This document shows, piece after piece, positions 10,158-21,600 of a stretch of DNA of 64,000 bases. The DNA is from an uncultured Methanosarcinales archaeon. Its GTDB lineage: Archaea; Nanobdellota; Nanobdellia; Woesearchaeales; CAIVOO01. The stretch lies in contig CAZAIK010000005.1 in NCBI GenBank assembly GCA_964485195.1, forward strand, positions 3,773 to 67,772, given 5' to 3'. The position numbers and the translations under genes were made by a program. The notes beneath the pieces were generated by a model that saw nothing but the letters and a program-made list of their open reading frames with translations, was not told where the DNA came from and ran no database searches. Position 1 is the first letter of the stretch. The number at the start of each line of letters is the position of its first letter.

Positions 10158-10760
10158 TCAGAAAACCCTCTCCAGGAATGAATTCAGTCTGCTGGTGTTA
10201 ATATCAAACGGCTCCATTCCGTTCAGCATCAGTATGTTTTCCTTGGGAACTCCGCTTTCCATCATCACACAATAAGTGTTGATGTAAGCTTTCTTGAGCT
10301 TTTCAAGAAAGGCATAGTTTACTGTTGATGTGTAAATCCTGGGAACCCTTGCTGAAAAATCATTTTGCTGGTGAAAGTTCTCAACTGCTTCCCCCGGCGG
10401 AAGCCCTACTATGACTATCCCCCTCTCAAGATTGCTGAAGCTCTCAAGATAGTCCATCTCGCCCTCGTATTCTGCCCGCGGCAAAAGCTCTTTCATCGCG
10501 CCCATAAAGGCGATATGGTCCCAAAGCCCTCTCTTCAGCAGCAAATACCCTTCATTTGAGAGAAGGCTGTCAATGACTCTCTCTGCAGAGAAGCTGTTGA
10601 ACTGCTCCCTTGTAAGAACCTTTTTTTCCACTCCGATGTATTCCTTTCCGCCCTCGTGGACTCTTGCCTTCACCCCCTTTTCAGCCAGCATTGATTCAGC
10701 TAATCTTACATATTCTCCCAGGCCCGAGTCAGGCATTCCCATGAATTCCACTGCTTTCAT
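10158..10760 (-). CDS. Nucleotide-kinase-like protein with degenerate P-loop
   Basis: VEFMGMPDSGLGE in place of GxxxxGK[ST]; KRGLWD aligns with the dTMP/dNK kinase DR motif. Confidence 0.6.
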   Translation of the reverse strand: MKAVEFMGMPDSGLGEYVRLAESMLAEKGVKARVHEGGKEYIGVEKKVLTREQFNSFSAERVIDSLLSNEGYLLLKRGLWDHIAFMGAMKELLPRAEYEGEMDYLESFSNLERGIVIVGLPPGEAVENFHQQNDFSARVPRIYTSTVNYAFLEKLKKAYINTYCVMMESGVPKENILMLNGMEPFDINTSRLNSFLERVF

Positions 10761-10831
10761 TGCAAAAGCCCATCTAAGAAACCTCTTTTATTCCTAATGG
10801 GGATTTGTATTTAAAGTTTTCCCTAGAAATA

Positions 10832-11380
10832 CTAGCTGGCTTCGCCTATGGCAATCCAGTAGACTTGCCTGCCTGTCCAACTTTGGTATTGGTGTATTCT
10901 AAAGCTGGATTTGGTAACGTCGCGAACATACATTCCCCAATATTTGTTTCCAGTATTTTCACTATTCGTTTCAAAATCATTCCAGTTATTAGAATTGCTA
11001 ATTCCAAAAGGGTTTGATCTATGGTATATCTTAATCAAAGGAATGCTCCCAAAAGTATAACCCATATTCACGGTATAGGTTGACTGCTTCCAATATTGTA
11101 GCCACTAACACTATAACTCTGGGAGGTGTTGAAAGGAACACCTGGCCTGTTGTTGTAAAAACAGGAACATTAACTACAACAGGAGGGGGACCTTACCAGG
11201 AAAAACATAATCACCACCGCCAGCATCAGCGCCGAAAGTCCCAGCCCCTACGCTCTCAGCAGAATGACCAGGATTAGGGACTGAGGACTGGGCAAAAGAA
11301 AAAGTAATAATAAAGAGAACACAAACAAGTGCTATGACAAAATAAAGATGCCTCTTTTCAATGTTTATCTCTATCTTCAT
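10832..11380 (-). pseudogene. Membrane-anchored surface/fibre-like protein gene interrupted by an internal inversion (11078-11193)
   Basis: N-part (-) MKIEINIEK..TM..PNPGH..DYVFPG; middle (+) LTASN..TITLGGVERNTWP..GGGP; C-part (-) VNMGYTF..YWIAIG; flipping gives one 182-aa ORF. Confidence 0.8.
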
Positions 11381-11462
11381 ATCTTAAGACTTCTATTAGC
11401 ACATTGCCTTATTTAAGCTTTTTCAAAATATTTAAAAATAAGTTAATTAAAAGGGTTTTTAA

Positions 11463-11616
11463 GGGGCTGTAGGGTAGCTTGGCCAGCGCAAATCCAGGAT
11501 TTGCTGGATTGCTTTGGAGCAATTATCCTCTCCGCCCGGGGCGCGGGTGACCCCGGTTCAAACGCTGTTGCATTCCCAAAAAAAGGGAATGCTCGCTGAA
11601 AGTCCGGGCAGCCCCA
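11463..11616 (+). tRNA. tRNA-Pro(GGG) with two non-canonical introns (11483-11522 at 19/20; 11563-11602 at 59/60)
   Basis: Acceptor GGGGCTG/CAGCCCC; both 40-nt inserts form BHB motifs (central helices GCTT/GAGC and TTCA/TGAA). Confidence 0.9.
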
Positions 11617-11663
11617 TTTCAAAATCAAAAAAACAAAAGAAATCCAGTTAAAACGCCAGAGAA

Positions 11664-11828
11664 TTACTCCTCTTCCTCTTCAAAAAGGTTTTCATATTCC
11701 TCTTCAAATTCCTTTTCAGTGATCACTCCTTTTTTTATCAGCAGCTCTATCAAAGCGTCAATCTTGTCGTCTGCATAATCCGCTATTTCCCCAGAACTCA
11801 GTTCCTCTTCATTAATGTCTTCTTCCAT
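11664..11828 (-). CDS. Small acidic protein (54 aa)
   Basis: MEEDINEEELSSGEIADYADDKIDALIELLIKKGVITEKEFEEE; AGGAGG RBS; below the ORF-track cutoff. Confidence 0.75.
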   Translation of the reverse strand: MEEDINEEELSSGEIADYADDKIDALIELLIKKGVITEKEFEEEYENLFEEEEE

Positions 11829-11840
11829 CTTAAAACCTCC

Positions 11841-12317
11841 TTATCTTTTCTTTTTTCTTCTGTGCCAGGCTCTTTTCTCGCTTCTTCCTCTTCTCCCAGA
11901 AGGCTCTGACGAGAAAATGTCCAAGTATCCCACAAGCACCACAATGCCAAACACGACAAAGTACAATATCATCTCAAGAACGTTAATAACTGGCATGAAA
12001 CCCCCTATTACTGAGCTGAATATTCCGATTATGTTGAATATGAATATGACAACAAGAACTCCTCCCGCCCCGTTCAGCAAGGGGGCGGGCAGGTTGAACG
12101 GAAATGCCAGCTCCTCTATTATTCCCGATACCAGGAACAGGACTCCTATTATTATCAGGAGAATAAGATTGCTGTTGATGAAACTCACCACGCCTCCAAG
12201 CACTGGGATGTCAAAAAAGCTCACCAGAAGATTGAGTACTGCAACCAGCGCCACAAGCACTATGAGGCCTATTATCTTTGACATTACGTGTCCGAGTATT
12301 GATTTTCCGCGGGCCAT
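11841..12317 (-). CDS. Hypothetical membrane protein (about 4 TM)
   Basis: Hydrophobic segments and a basic C-tail. Confidence 0.75.
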   Translation of the reverse strand: MARGKSILGHVMSKIIGLIVLVALVAVLNLLVSFFDIPVLGGVVSFINSNLILLIIIGVLFLVSGIIEELAFPFNLPAPLLNGAGGVLVVIFIFNIIGIFSSVIGGFMPVINVLEMILYFVVFGIVVLVGYLDIFSSEPSGRRGRSEKRAWHRRKKKR

Positions 12318-12356
12318 AAGAATGCTGAAATCCCCCTGTTTTTAAATATTTTCTGT

Positions 12357-12428
12357 TCAGAATGTCAAAGCAAGGAATAAGGCCATCACTGCCAGAAATG
12401 CTATGCTTATGACAAGCTCCGCTTTCAC
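12357..12428 (-). CDS. Putative 23-aa single-TM peptide
   Basis: GTG start, MKAELVISIAFLAVMALFLALTF; TTTATATAAA box 20-30 nt upstream. Confidence 0.4.
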   Translation of the reverse strand: MKAELVISIAFLAVMALFLALTF

Positions 12429-12511
12429 AATATCGTTATGTTCTTGATTTATATAAACCTTGTCAAAATCCCACAATAACATTTATAAAGAAAACATAAC
12501 TCAGGAACAGC

Positions 12512-14233
12512 ATGGCAGACAGGAAAAACAGCTGGGAGGATGAAAAAAAGAAGTTCTGGCACAGCTCTTCCCACATACTGGCGCAGGCTGTCAAAAGGCT
12601 TTTTCCAGACGCTATTCCTACTATAGGCCCTGCGACAGATGAAGGATTTTACTATGATTTTGACTTCAGGCCTTTCACCCAGGAAGACCTGGAAAGGATT
12701 GAGGAGGAAATGAAGAAGATAATCAAGGAGGATATCCCAATCAAAAGGGTGGAGCTGACAAAGGCAGAGGCAAAAAAGCAATTCAAGGACAACCCTTACA
12801 AAATTGAGCTTATCGACGAGGCAGAGGGAAAGGTTTCTGCATACAGGCAGGGGGAATTCATTGACTTGTGCAAAGGGCCCCACATAGAGTCAACAGGAAA
12901 GGCAAAAGCCGTCAAAGTTTTGAAAAGCTCAGGGGCATACTGGAGAGGCGATTCTAAGAACAAGCAGCTGCAGAGGATTTACGGAATATCCTTCCCCGAG
13001 AAAAAACAGTTAAGGGAATACCTGTTCAAGCTGGAAGAAGCGGAAAAAAGGGACCACAGAAAACTTGGAAGAGAGCTTGACCTGTACAGCTTTCACGAGG
13101 AAGCCCCGGGAATGGTTTTCACGCACCCGAATGGAATGGTAATCTGGAACCAACTGCTTGACTTCTGGAGGGAAGAGCACAGGAACGCAGGCTACAAGGA
13201 AATCAAAACACCAATAATCCTTAACAAGGAATTGTGGAAAAGGTCAGGCCACTGGGAACATTACAAGGAGGATATGTATTTCATAAAAATAGATGAAGCT
13301 GATTTTGCCATAAAACCGATGAACTGCCCCGGGGGAATGCTGGTATACAAAACAAAATCCCACTCTTACAGGGACTTTCCATTAAGAACTGCAGAGATAG
13401 GACTGGTGCACAGGCACGAGTTAAGCGGTGTACTGTCAGGATTGTTCAGGGTAAGGAGTTTTCATCAGGATGATGCCCATATTTATGTAACCAGGGAACA
13501 GCTTGAAACAGAACTGAAAAATGTAATTAAACTTGTTAATAAGATATATGGCGCATTTGGCTTTGAATATCACGTCGAGCTTTCCACAAAGCCTGAAAAG
13601 GCGATGGGAGACAGCAAAACGTGGGAGATTGCTGAGAGCACCCTGCAAAAGGTTCTTGAAGACATGAAAATAAAATTCAAGATAAATCCAGGGGACGGGG
13701 CATTTTACGGGCCCAAGATTGACTTTCACATAAAGGACGCAATCGGAAGGACCTGGCAGTGCGGGACACTCCAGCTGGACTTCCAGATGCCTGAAAGGTT
13801 TGACCTCACTTATGACGGGGCTGACAACAAGAAGCACAGGCCCACTATGCTTCACAGGACTCTCTACGGATCTATAGAACGGTTCATAGGGATATTGGTG
13901 GAGCATTACGCAGGCAAGTTCCCCTTGTGGCTTTCGCCTGTTCAGGTGATAATACTTCCCATTGCTGACAGGCACGCAGATTATGCAAGGGGCGTGAAGA
14001 AAAAACTGTTTGATTCTGGAATAAGGGTTGAGCTGGATGACAGGACAGAAACAACTTCCAAGAAAGTGAGGGATGCGGAATTGCAGAAGATAAATTACAT
14101 CCTTGTTGTGGGGGACAGGGAAGAAAAGAACAGGACAGTTAATGTGAGGACAAGAAACAACGAAGTTCTCGGGGAGAAAAAGACAGATGAATTCCTTAAG
14201 AGCCTGAAGAAAGAGATTGAGGAGAAGAAGTGA
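12512..14233 (+). CDS. thrS: Threonyl-tRNA synthetase, bacterial type, no TGS domain
   Basis: HSSSH and DLCKGPH editing motifs, KPMNCPG, GAFYGPKIDF. Confidence 0.97.
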   Translation: MADRKNSWEDEKKKFWHSSSHILAQAVKRLFPDAIPTIGPATDEGFYYDFDFRPFTQEDLERIEEEMKKIIKEDIPIKRVELTKAEAKKQFKDNPYKIELIDEAEGKVSAYRQGEFIDLCKGPHIESTGKAKAVKVLKSSGAYWRGDSKNKQLQRIYGISFPEKKQLREYLFKLEEAEKRDHRKLGRELDLYSFHEEAPGMVFTHPNGMVIWNQLLDFWREEHRNAGYKEIKTPIILNKELWKRSGHWEHYKEDMYFIKIDEADFAIKPMNCPGGMLVYKTKSHSYRDFPLRTAEIGLVHRHELSGVLSGLFRVRSFHQDDAHIYVTREQLETELKNVIKLVNKIYGAFGFEYHVELSTKPEKAMGDSKTWEIAESTLQKVLEDMKIKFKINPGDGAFYGPKIDFHIKDAIGRTWQCGTLQLDFQMPERFDLTYDGADNKKHRPTMLHRTLYGSIERFIGILVEHYAGKFPLWLSPVQVIILPIADRHADYARGVKKKLFDSGIRVELDDRTETTSKKVRDAELQKINYILVVGDREEKNRTVNVRTRNNEVLGEKKTDEFLKSLKKEIEEKK

Positions 14234-14520
14234 GTTTAAGGCCTGCTTTGAGGATTTACAGGGAAAAATATGGAAAGCCTGTAGCTGTGGTGGAAGAAGG
14301 CAGCTGTGAACACGAATATGCAATAGCAGTTGCAACAGAAGACGGGATTTTTGTGCCTGCTCTGGGGTGCAAGAATCTGGAACAGCTTCAGGAGCAATAC
14401 AAGAAATGGCAGCGGCATCTCCCAAACATAAAAATCATTCCAATTGAGTTCCTTGAAAATACAGGAAAGTACCAAGTTCTGGATCATATGCTTTCTGATA
14501 ATATCGTGCAAAAGAGATAA
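14230..14520 (+). CDS. Hypothetical protein
   Basis: 96-aa ORF, GTGA overlap with thrS stop. Confidence 0.55.
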   Translation: MSLRPALRIYREKYGKPVAVVEEGSCEHEYAIAVATEDGIFVPALGCKNLEQLQEQYKKWQRHLPNIKIIPIEFLENTGKYQVLDHMLSDNIVQKR

Positions 14521-14538
14521 AAAAAAGAAATAAACTCG

Positions 14539-15276
14539 TCATTTTTCAATTAGCCACACCATTTCCTGCTTGTGGTTTTTCAGGGGCTCGCGGTTGAAAC
14601 CGCCGTAAACCTTCCACTTGCTGAAGCCCGCAATTCGCAGTAACAGTTCAAATTCTCTCTTATAAATGAAAGCGATATTAAACTTCTCCTCCCATATTTT
14701 TTTGCCCTTTTCCTTTATGGTATTGATAGATTCAACAATTTGATTTATTTCATCAACGAAATATGACTTGTTAATTAAGATTTTTTTATCTTTGGTTTTA
14801 AGGGTCTCTTTAACCTCTTTCCCGTAAGTTTTTAAGATGATTTCCGGATCTGGAAAGAAAAAAGTAAGGGCTAACTTCCCACTTGGGGCGAGATGGTTCT
14901 TTATGTTCCTCAGGGTTTTTAGCTGGTCCTCAATGGAAAGATTATGCAGAAAAGACCTGAACGGGATTATTATCAGGGAGAACTTATGGTTTAATTTGAA
15001 AGTTCTCATGTCAGCTTTTTTGACTTTTGGCTTCAGCCCCGACTTTTCAGCTTTCTTTTCAAGAACTTTAAGCATGTTTCCTGAAATGTCAATTCCATAT
15101 GCGTCAACGCCATCCTTGAGCATCTCGAGATATATCCTTCCTGTTCCGCAGGCGATTTCAAGAACTTTGCCCTTTGCCCTGCGGGCCTCTTTCCTGTAAA
15201 AATCCAGGTCATCCTTGTATTCCCCATAAATCCAGTCGTAAACCTTTGCCCACTTTTCAAAATTCTGCTTTTTCAT
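14539..15276 (-). CDS. Class I SAM-dependent methyltransferase
   Basis: VLEIACGTGR, GIDIS, ADMR motifs. Confidence 0.9.
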   Translation of the reverse strand: MKKQNFEKWAKVYDWIYGEYKDDLDFYRKEARRAKGKVLEIACGTGRIYLEMLKDGVDAYGIDISGNMLKVLEKKAEKSGLKPKVKKADMRTFKLNHKFSLIIIPFRSFLHNLSIEDQLKTLRNIKNHLAPSGKLALTFFFPDPEIILKTYGKEVKETLKTKDKKILINKSYFVDEINQIVESINTIKEKGKKIWEEKFNIAFIYKREFELLLRIAGFSKWKVYGGFNREPLKNHKQEMVWLIEK

Positions 15277-15487
15277 ATGGGTAATTTGTTTTAGCTTTTT
15301 ATAAAATCTCCTGTTTGACGCAAGCAAAAGAAGGCAGGTTCATAACACTTTTCTTGTTAATTTGAGAGTTAACCTAGCGACCGCAACTTCTTAAACTTAA
15401 ATATTTCCTAAAAAAAGGATAGTCCATTGGGCCTGATGCATGGAACCTGCTAAAGATAACAAAGCAAAAATCATGTTTAAATTTTGT

Positions 15488-15531
15488 GCCGGGATGGCCC
15501 AATCTTGCACGGCGCCAGGTTCAGGGCCTGG
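15488..15531 (+). tRNA. 5' half of an interrupted tRNA (Ser-like body, CAG anticodon)
   Basis: GCCGGGA-TG-GCCC-AATCTTGCA-CGGC-G-CCAGG-TTCAGGG-CCTGG; no T-arm follows. Confidence 0.8.
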
Positions 15532-15536
15532 CGGAT

Positions 15537-17246
15537 TCAAAACTTCCTCTTGTACTTGAAAAAACCGCTTCTTCCAGAAGCCTTTACCAATATCGCAGTT
15601 ATGACAAGGAACAGCGCTGTCCAGCCCAGCAATATCAGGATTCCCCCGACAAATGCCAGTATTCCTGAATGGAAAATAAGAGCCTGCCTCAAAAGGCTTT
15701 CAGCAACAACAAAGGGATTGAACTTCGCTATTGTCTGAACATAGGATGGCATGCTTTCTATGGGAAGTATTGTGTTGGAGAAGAACAGGAACACACAGCT
15801 GAAGGAAACAGCTGCCAGTGTTGTTGTTTCCTCTGACTTGAACCAGTATCCGACCAGCATTCCGAAGAGAACAAAGGTTGATATGATAAAAATAAGGCTG
15901 AGGGCCGCTGTGGGAACTCCTGAAAGAAACTGTATGCTTGTGAATGCAAGCGCAACTATGAGGAAGACTATCAACTGCGCAACTATGATAAGAAAGCTGG
16001 TGGCGTAAGTTCCCAGGTTAAACCAGAAGGCGCTCACTGGGGATATGGCTGTCCTGAACAATGAAGACGATTTCTTTTCATTCATCACTATTGTTGAGGC
16101 CAGCAAGATGGAGGTTATCATAACAATAAGCACTATCAAGGTTGGGAACAGGGAGCTGAAATAGGATGTTTCCATAGTGACCGGCTCTATTTTTGTAGTG
16201 ATGGGGTTTGTTATTCTTGAAGCGTTCTTAACCTCCAAAGTCGTGATTTCATCTTTTATTTTCTCCATAGATGTTTCCAGCAACAGAAGAGAAGATGTCA
16301 GGTTTTCCAGGGCGTTCGTGGCAGTCTTGTCCCTGACTGCCTCATCCCTGATTTCAGACGCCTCTTCAAGCTGCTGCTCTGTCTGGTCTGCTGATTCAAT
16401 CACCGACTCCATCAGCTGGGTAAAGGTCCCGTTTTCAGAAATAGTAAGCAATATCGCCTCTGAAGCCTGCCTCAAGCTGTCCTCAACAGGCTCTATCACG
16501 TCCTCGATGGGATCTGAATCAGAGCAGTTGGCGTCATACACCGCCTCGTCTATGTCTTCAATGATGTTAAGGCTGGTGTTGGCTGCTTCGTAGCACAATG
16601 AAGAAAGGTATTCTGCAGTGTTCTGGAGCTCTTCTGTTTCAAAATCAGCTGACTGCAGGTTCAGCCCGGCCAGTTCATCATAAAGGCCTTCTATTTTTAC
16701 AGAGAGTAATTCCTGTTTTTCAAGCATTTCCCCCAACATTTCCTTGTTTTCCCCTGACTCTTGCTGGGCGCTGGCCAGCTTGTTGAGAAGGACTTCAGTG
16801 AGCTGTGTGCTAATCTCTGTGGATTCTGAGGAGACCTTTTCTGATATTATGTCAAGTATCATCCACACTATGTTTATTCTTGAATAGTCCACATAGAAAG
16901 TTATCTCATTTGCTTCCCCCTTGACATCAAGGTCAGGAGGAAACAGGATGCAGATGTTTGCCCTTCCTCTCCTGACATACTTGACGCAGTCGTTCAAACT
17001 TCTGAACTGGTAAACTGTGAATTTTGATGCTATTTTCTGGATGACAGAGTTTGTAAGTTCGCTGTAATCATCTGAATAAACACCCACTGATAAAGAAAGC
17101 TGGCTCTGGCTGTTGCTGAAGGCGAATCCCACCAGCAGCACTATAAGGAGGGGCCCCAGAAGTATTATGACTGCCGAGCTCCTCGACCTAAGGAGGATTT
17201 TAAAGTTCTTTTTTATTATGGACAAAAAAGCTGAGTTTTTGCTCAT
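15537..17246 (-). CDS. ABC-2 type transporter permease with large acidic extracellular domain
   Basis: N-terminal TM, coiled extracellular region, C-terminal TM bundle with ILPIESMP. Confidence 0.9.
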   Translation of the reverse strand: MSKNSAFLSIIKKNFKILLRSRSSAVIILLGPLLIVLLVGFAFSNSQSQLSLSVGVYSDDYSELTNSVIQKIASKFTVYQFRSLNDCVKYVRRGRANICILFPPDLDVKGEANEITFYVDYSRINIVWMILDIISEKVSSESTEISTQLTEVLLNKLASAQQESGENKEMLGEMLEKQELLSVKIEGLYDELAGLNLQSADFETEELQNTAEYLSSLCYEAANTSLNIIEDIDEAVYDANCSDSDPIEDVIEPVEDSLRQASEAILLTISENGTFTQLMESVIESADQTEQQLEEASEIRDEAVRDKTATNALENLTSSLLLLETSMEKIKDEITTLEVKNASRITNPITTKIEPVTMETSYFSSLFPTLIVLIVMITSILLASTIVMNEKKSSSLFRTAISPVSAFWFNLGTYATSFLIIVAQLIVFLIVALAFTSIQFLSGVPTAALSLIFIISTFVLFGMLVGYWFKSEETTTLAAVSFSCVFLFFSNTILPIESMPSYVQTIAKFNPFVVAESLLRQALIFHSGILAFVGGILILLGWTALFLVITAILVKASGRSGFFKYKRKF

Positions 17247-17980
17247 TTAACTGCTGCCTCAAATACCTGGTCCAGGTTTCTTGCATTGAACTGCTTTTTC
17301 AGGCTGTCAACACTTCCCACTGCAGAGATGTTGTGCCTGTTTATTACTGAAATCCTGCTACATATCTTTTCTATCTCATCGAAGATGTGGGATGCTATTA
17401 TTATCGTTGTTCCCTCTGCATTTATTTTTTTAATCAGCTCTGCCATCTGCTTGCGCGCCATAGGGTCCAGGTCTGCCGTGGGCTCATCCAATATCAGGAT
17501 TCTTGGGCCGTGTATCAGCGCGCAGGCAACGTCAAGCCTTTTTTGCATTCCCCCTGAAAGGTTGCGGGCAAGCGTGTTTCCATCTCCCGAAAGTCCCACC
17601 AGATTTATCAGGACTTCTGCGTTATGCTTCAGGGTGTTCCTGTCCAGCCCGTATAGAGAGCCGAAATACTCCAGGTTTTCCCTGACCGTGAGGCTGCCGT
17701 AGAACGAAGGGCACTGGGCAGCGAAACCGAACTTTTTCTTGATATCCTTATGCCTTCTTGCTGAGACAAGGGAGCCTGCCTGGGAAACAAGCACCTCCCC
17801 CTGCTGAAAGCCGGTGAAGCCCACGATGCATTCCAGCAGTGTTGTCTTTCCTGCTCCGCTGGGGCCCACAATCCCGAATATTTCGCCCTGTCCAATCTCA
17901 AGGCTCACGCTGTTCAGCACCAGTTTATTGCCGTAAAGCTTGTTCAGGTTCGCTATTTTAAGCATCGTGTTCTGCTCCAT
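17243..17980 (-). CDS. ABC transporter ATP-binding protein
   Basis: GPSGAGKTT, LSGGMQKR, ILDEPT. Confidence 0.95.
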   Translation of the reverse strand: MEQNTMLKIANLNKLYGNKLVLNSVSLEIGQGEIFGIVGPSGAGKTTLLECIVGFTGFQQGEVLVSQAGSLVSARRHKDIKKKFGFAAQCPSFYGSLTVRENLEYFGSLYGLDRNTLKHNAEVLINLVGLSGDGNTLARNLSGGMQKRLDVACALIHGPRILILDEPTADLDPMARKQMAELIKKINAEGTTIIIASHIFDEIEKICSRISVINRHNISAVGSVDSLKKQFNARNLDQVFEAAVK

Positions 17981-18106
17981 GGGAACAAATTATCCCTTAT
18001 GATTTTTAAATATTGCCCATAAAATATTCATTTTAAAGATTAAATAGTCAATTCAGAGTCGTTGCAGTCGCTACGGATTAAAATTAATAATAACTTCTAA
18101 CTCTTC

Positions 18107-18134
18107 CAAAAACAAAGAAAGGCCCAAAGGGCCT
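18107..18134 (-). terminator. Hairpin plus U-tract downstream of gyrB
   Basis: Minus strand AGGCCC-TTT-GGGCCT followed by TTCTTTGTTTTT. Confidence 0.4.
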
Positions 18135-18200
18135 GGTGTGTAGAACCTACTATCTATGCGGGTTCGAAACTCACTGCGGGCGAAACTCCCGCTCCCGGCG
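18128..18200 (+). tRNA. 3' half of the interrupted tRNA, with 18-nt BHB intron (18169-18186, position 59/60)
   Basis: CCTGG, 21-nt variable arm, T-stem GCGGG/CCCGC, acceptor 3' strand TCCCGGC complementary to GCCGGGA at 15488; discriminator G. Confidence 0.8.
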
Positions 18201-18216
18201 ACTGGATAATAAGAAT

Positions 18217-21417
<3,201 letters not shown>

Positions 21418-21600
21418 CTATCCTCTGTTTTCCGTCGGGAAATTCGCCTCGCAGAAGCGGTTTCCATACTCAAAACCAATGCCTTTCCATTTATAAAGTT
21501 TTTTGTTTTATAATGGCAGTACAGGCACTGAGCCCCTTTAATTCAGGCTTTTAGCAAGTTTGAAAACCTTTTTAAATGAAACTTTGTTAGCAGTTAAGAT

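Larger units (their letters stand above)
15523..18136. repeat. 9-bp direct repeat AGGGCCTGG bounding a 2605-bp interruption of the tRNA
   Basis: Copies at 15523-15531 and 18128-18136. Confidence 0.8.

Noticed and set aside
13436-14425. 329-aa minus-strand ORF
   Set aside because: Antisense shadow of thrS; the same applies to most nested ORFs in the track (e.g. 4537-5265, 40601-41326, 60099-60872).
15522-15524. Genome-wide CUG-to-Ser code reassignment
   Set aside because: CTG encodes conserved Leu residues in gyrB (GGLHG) and thrS (KQLQR).
15515-15531. tRNA-Sec reading (TCA anticodon) of the split tRNA
   Set aside because: Placing TCA at 34-36 breaks the anticodon stem, and the acceptor/T stems are 7/5 bp rather than the archaeal Sec 9/4.
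15532-18127. Classical integrative element or transposon
   Set aside because: No integrase or transposase, no terminal inverted repeats, and the tRNA is not regenerated; kept only as an unexplained interruption.
18157-18190. Tandem duplication TGCGGG..CGAAACTC in the T-arm as a sign of decay
   Set aside because: Fully explained as an 18-nt BHB intron at 59/60.
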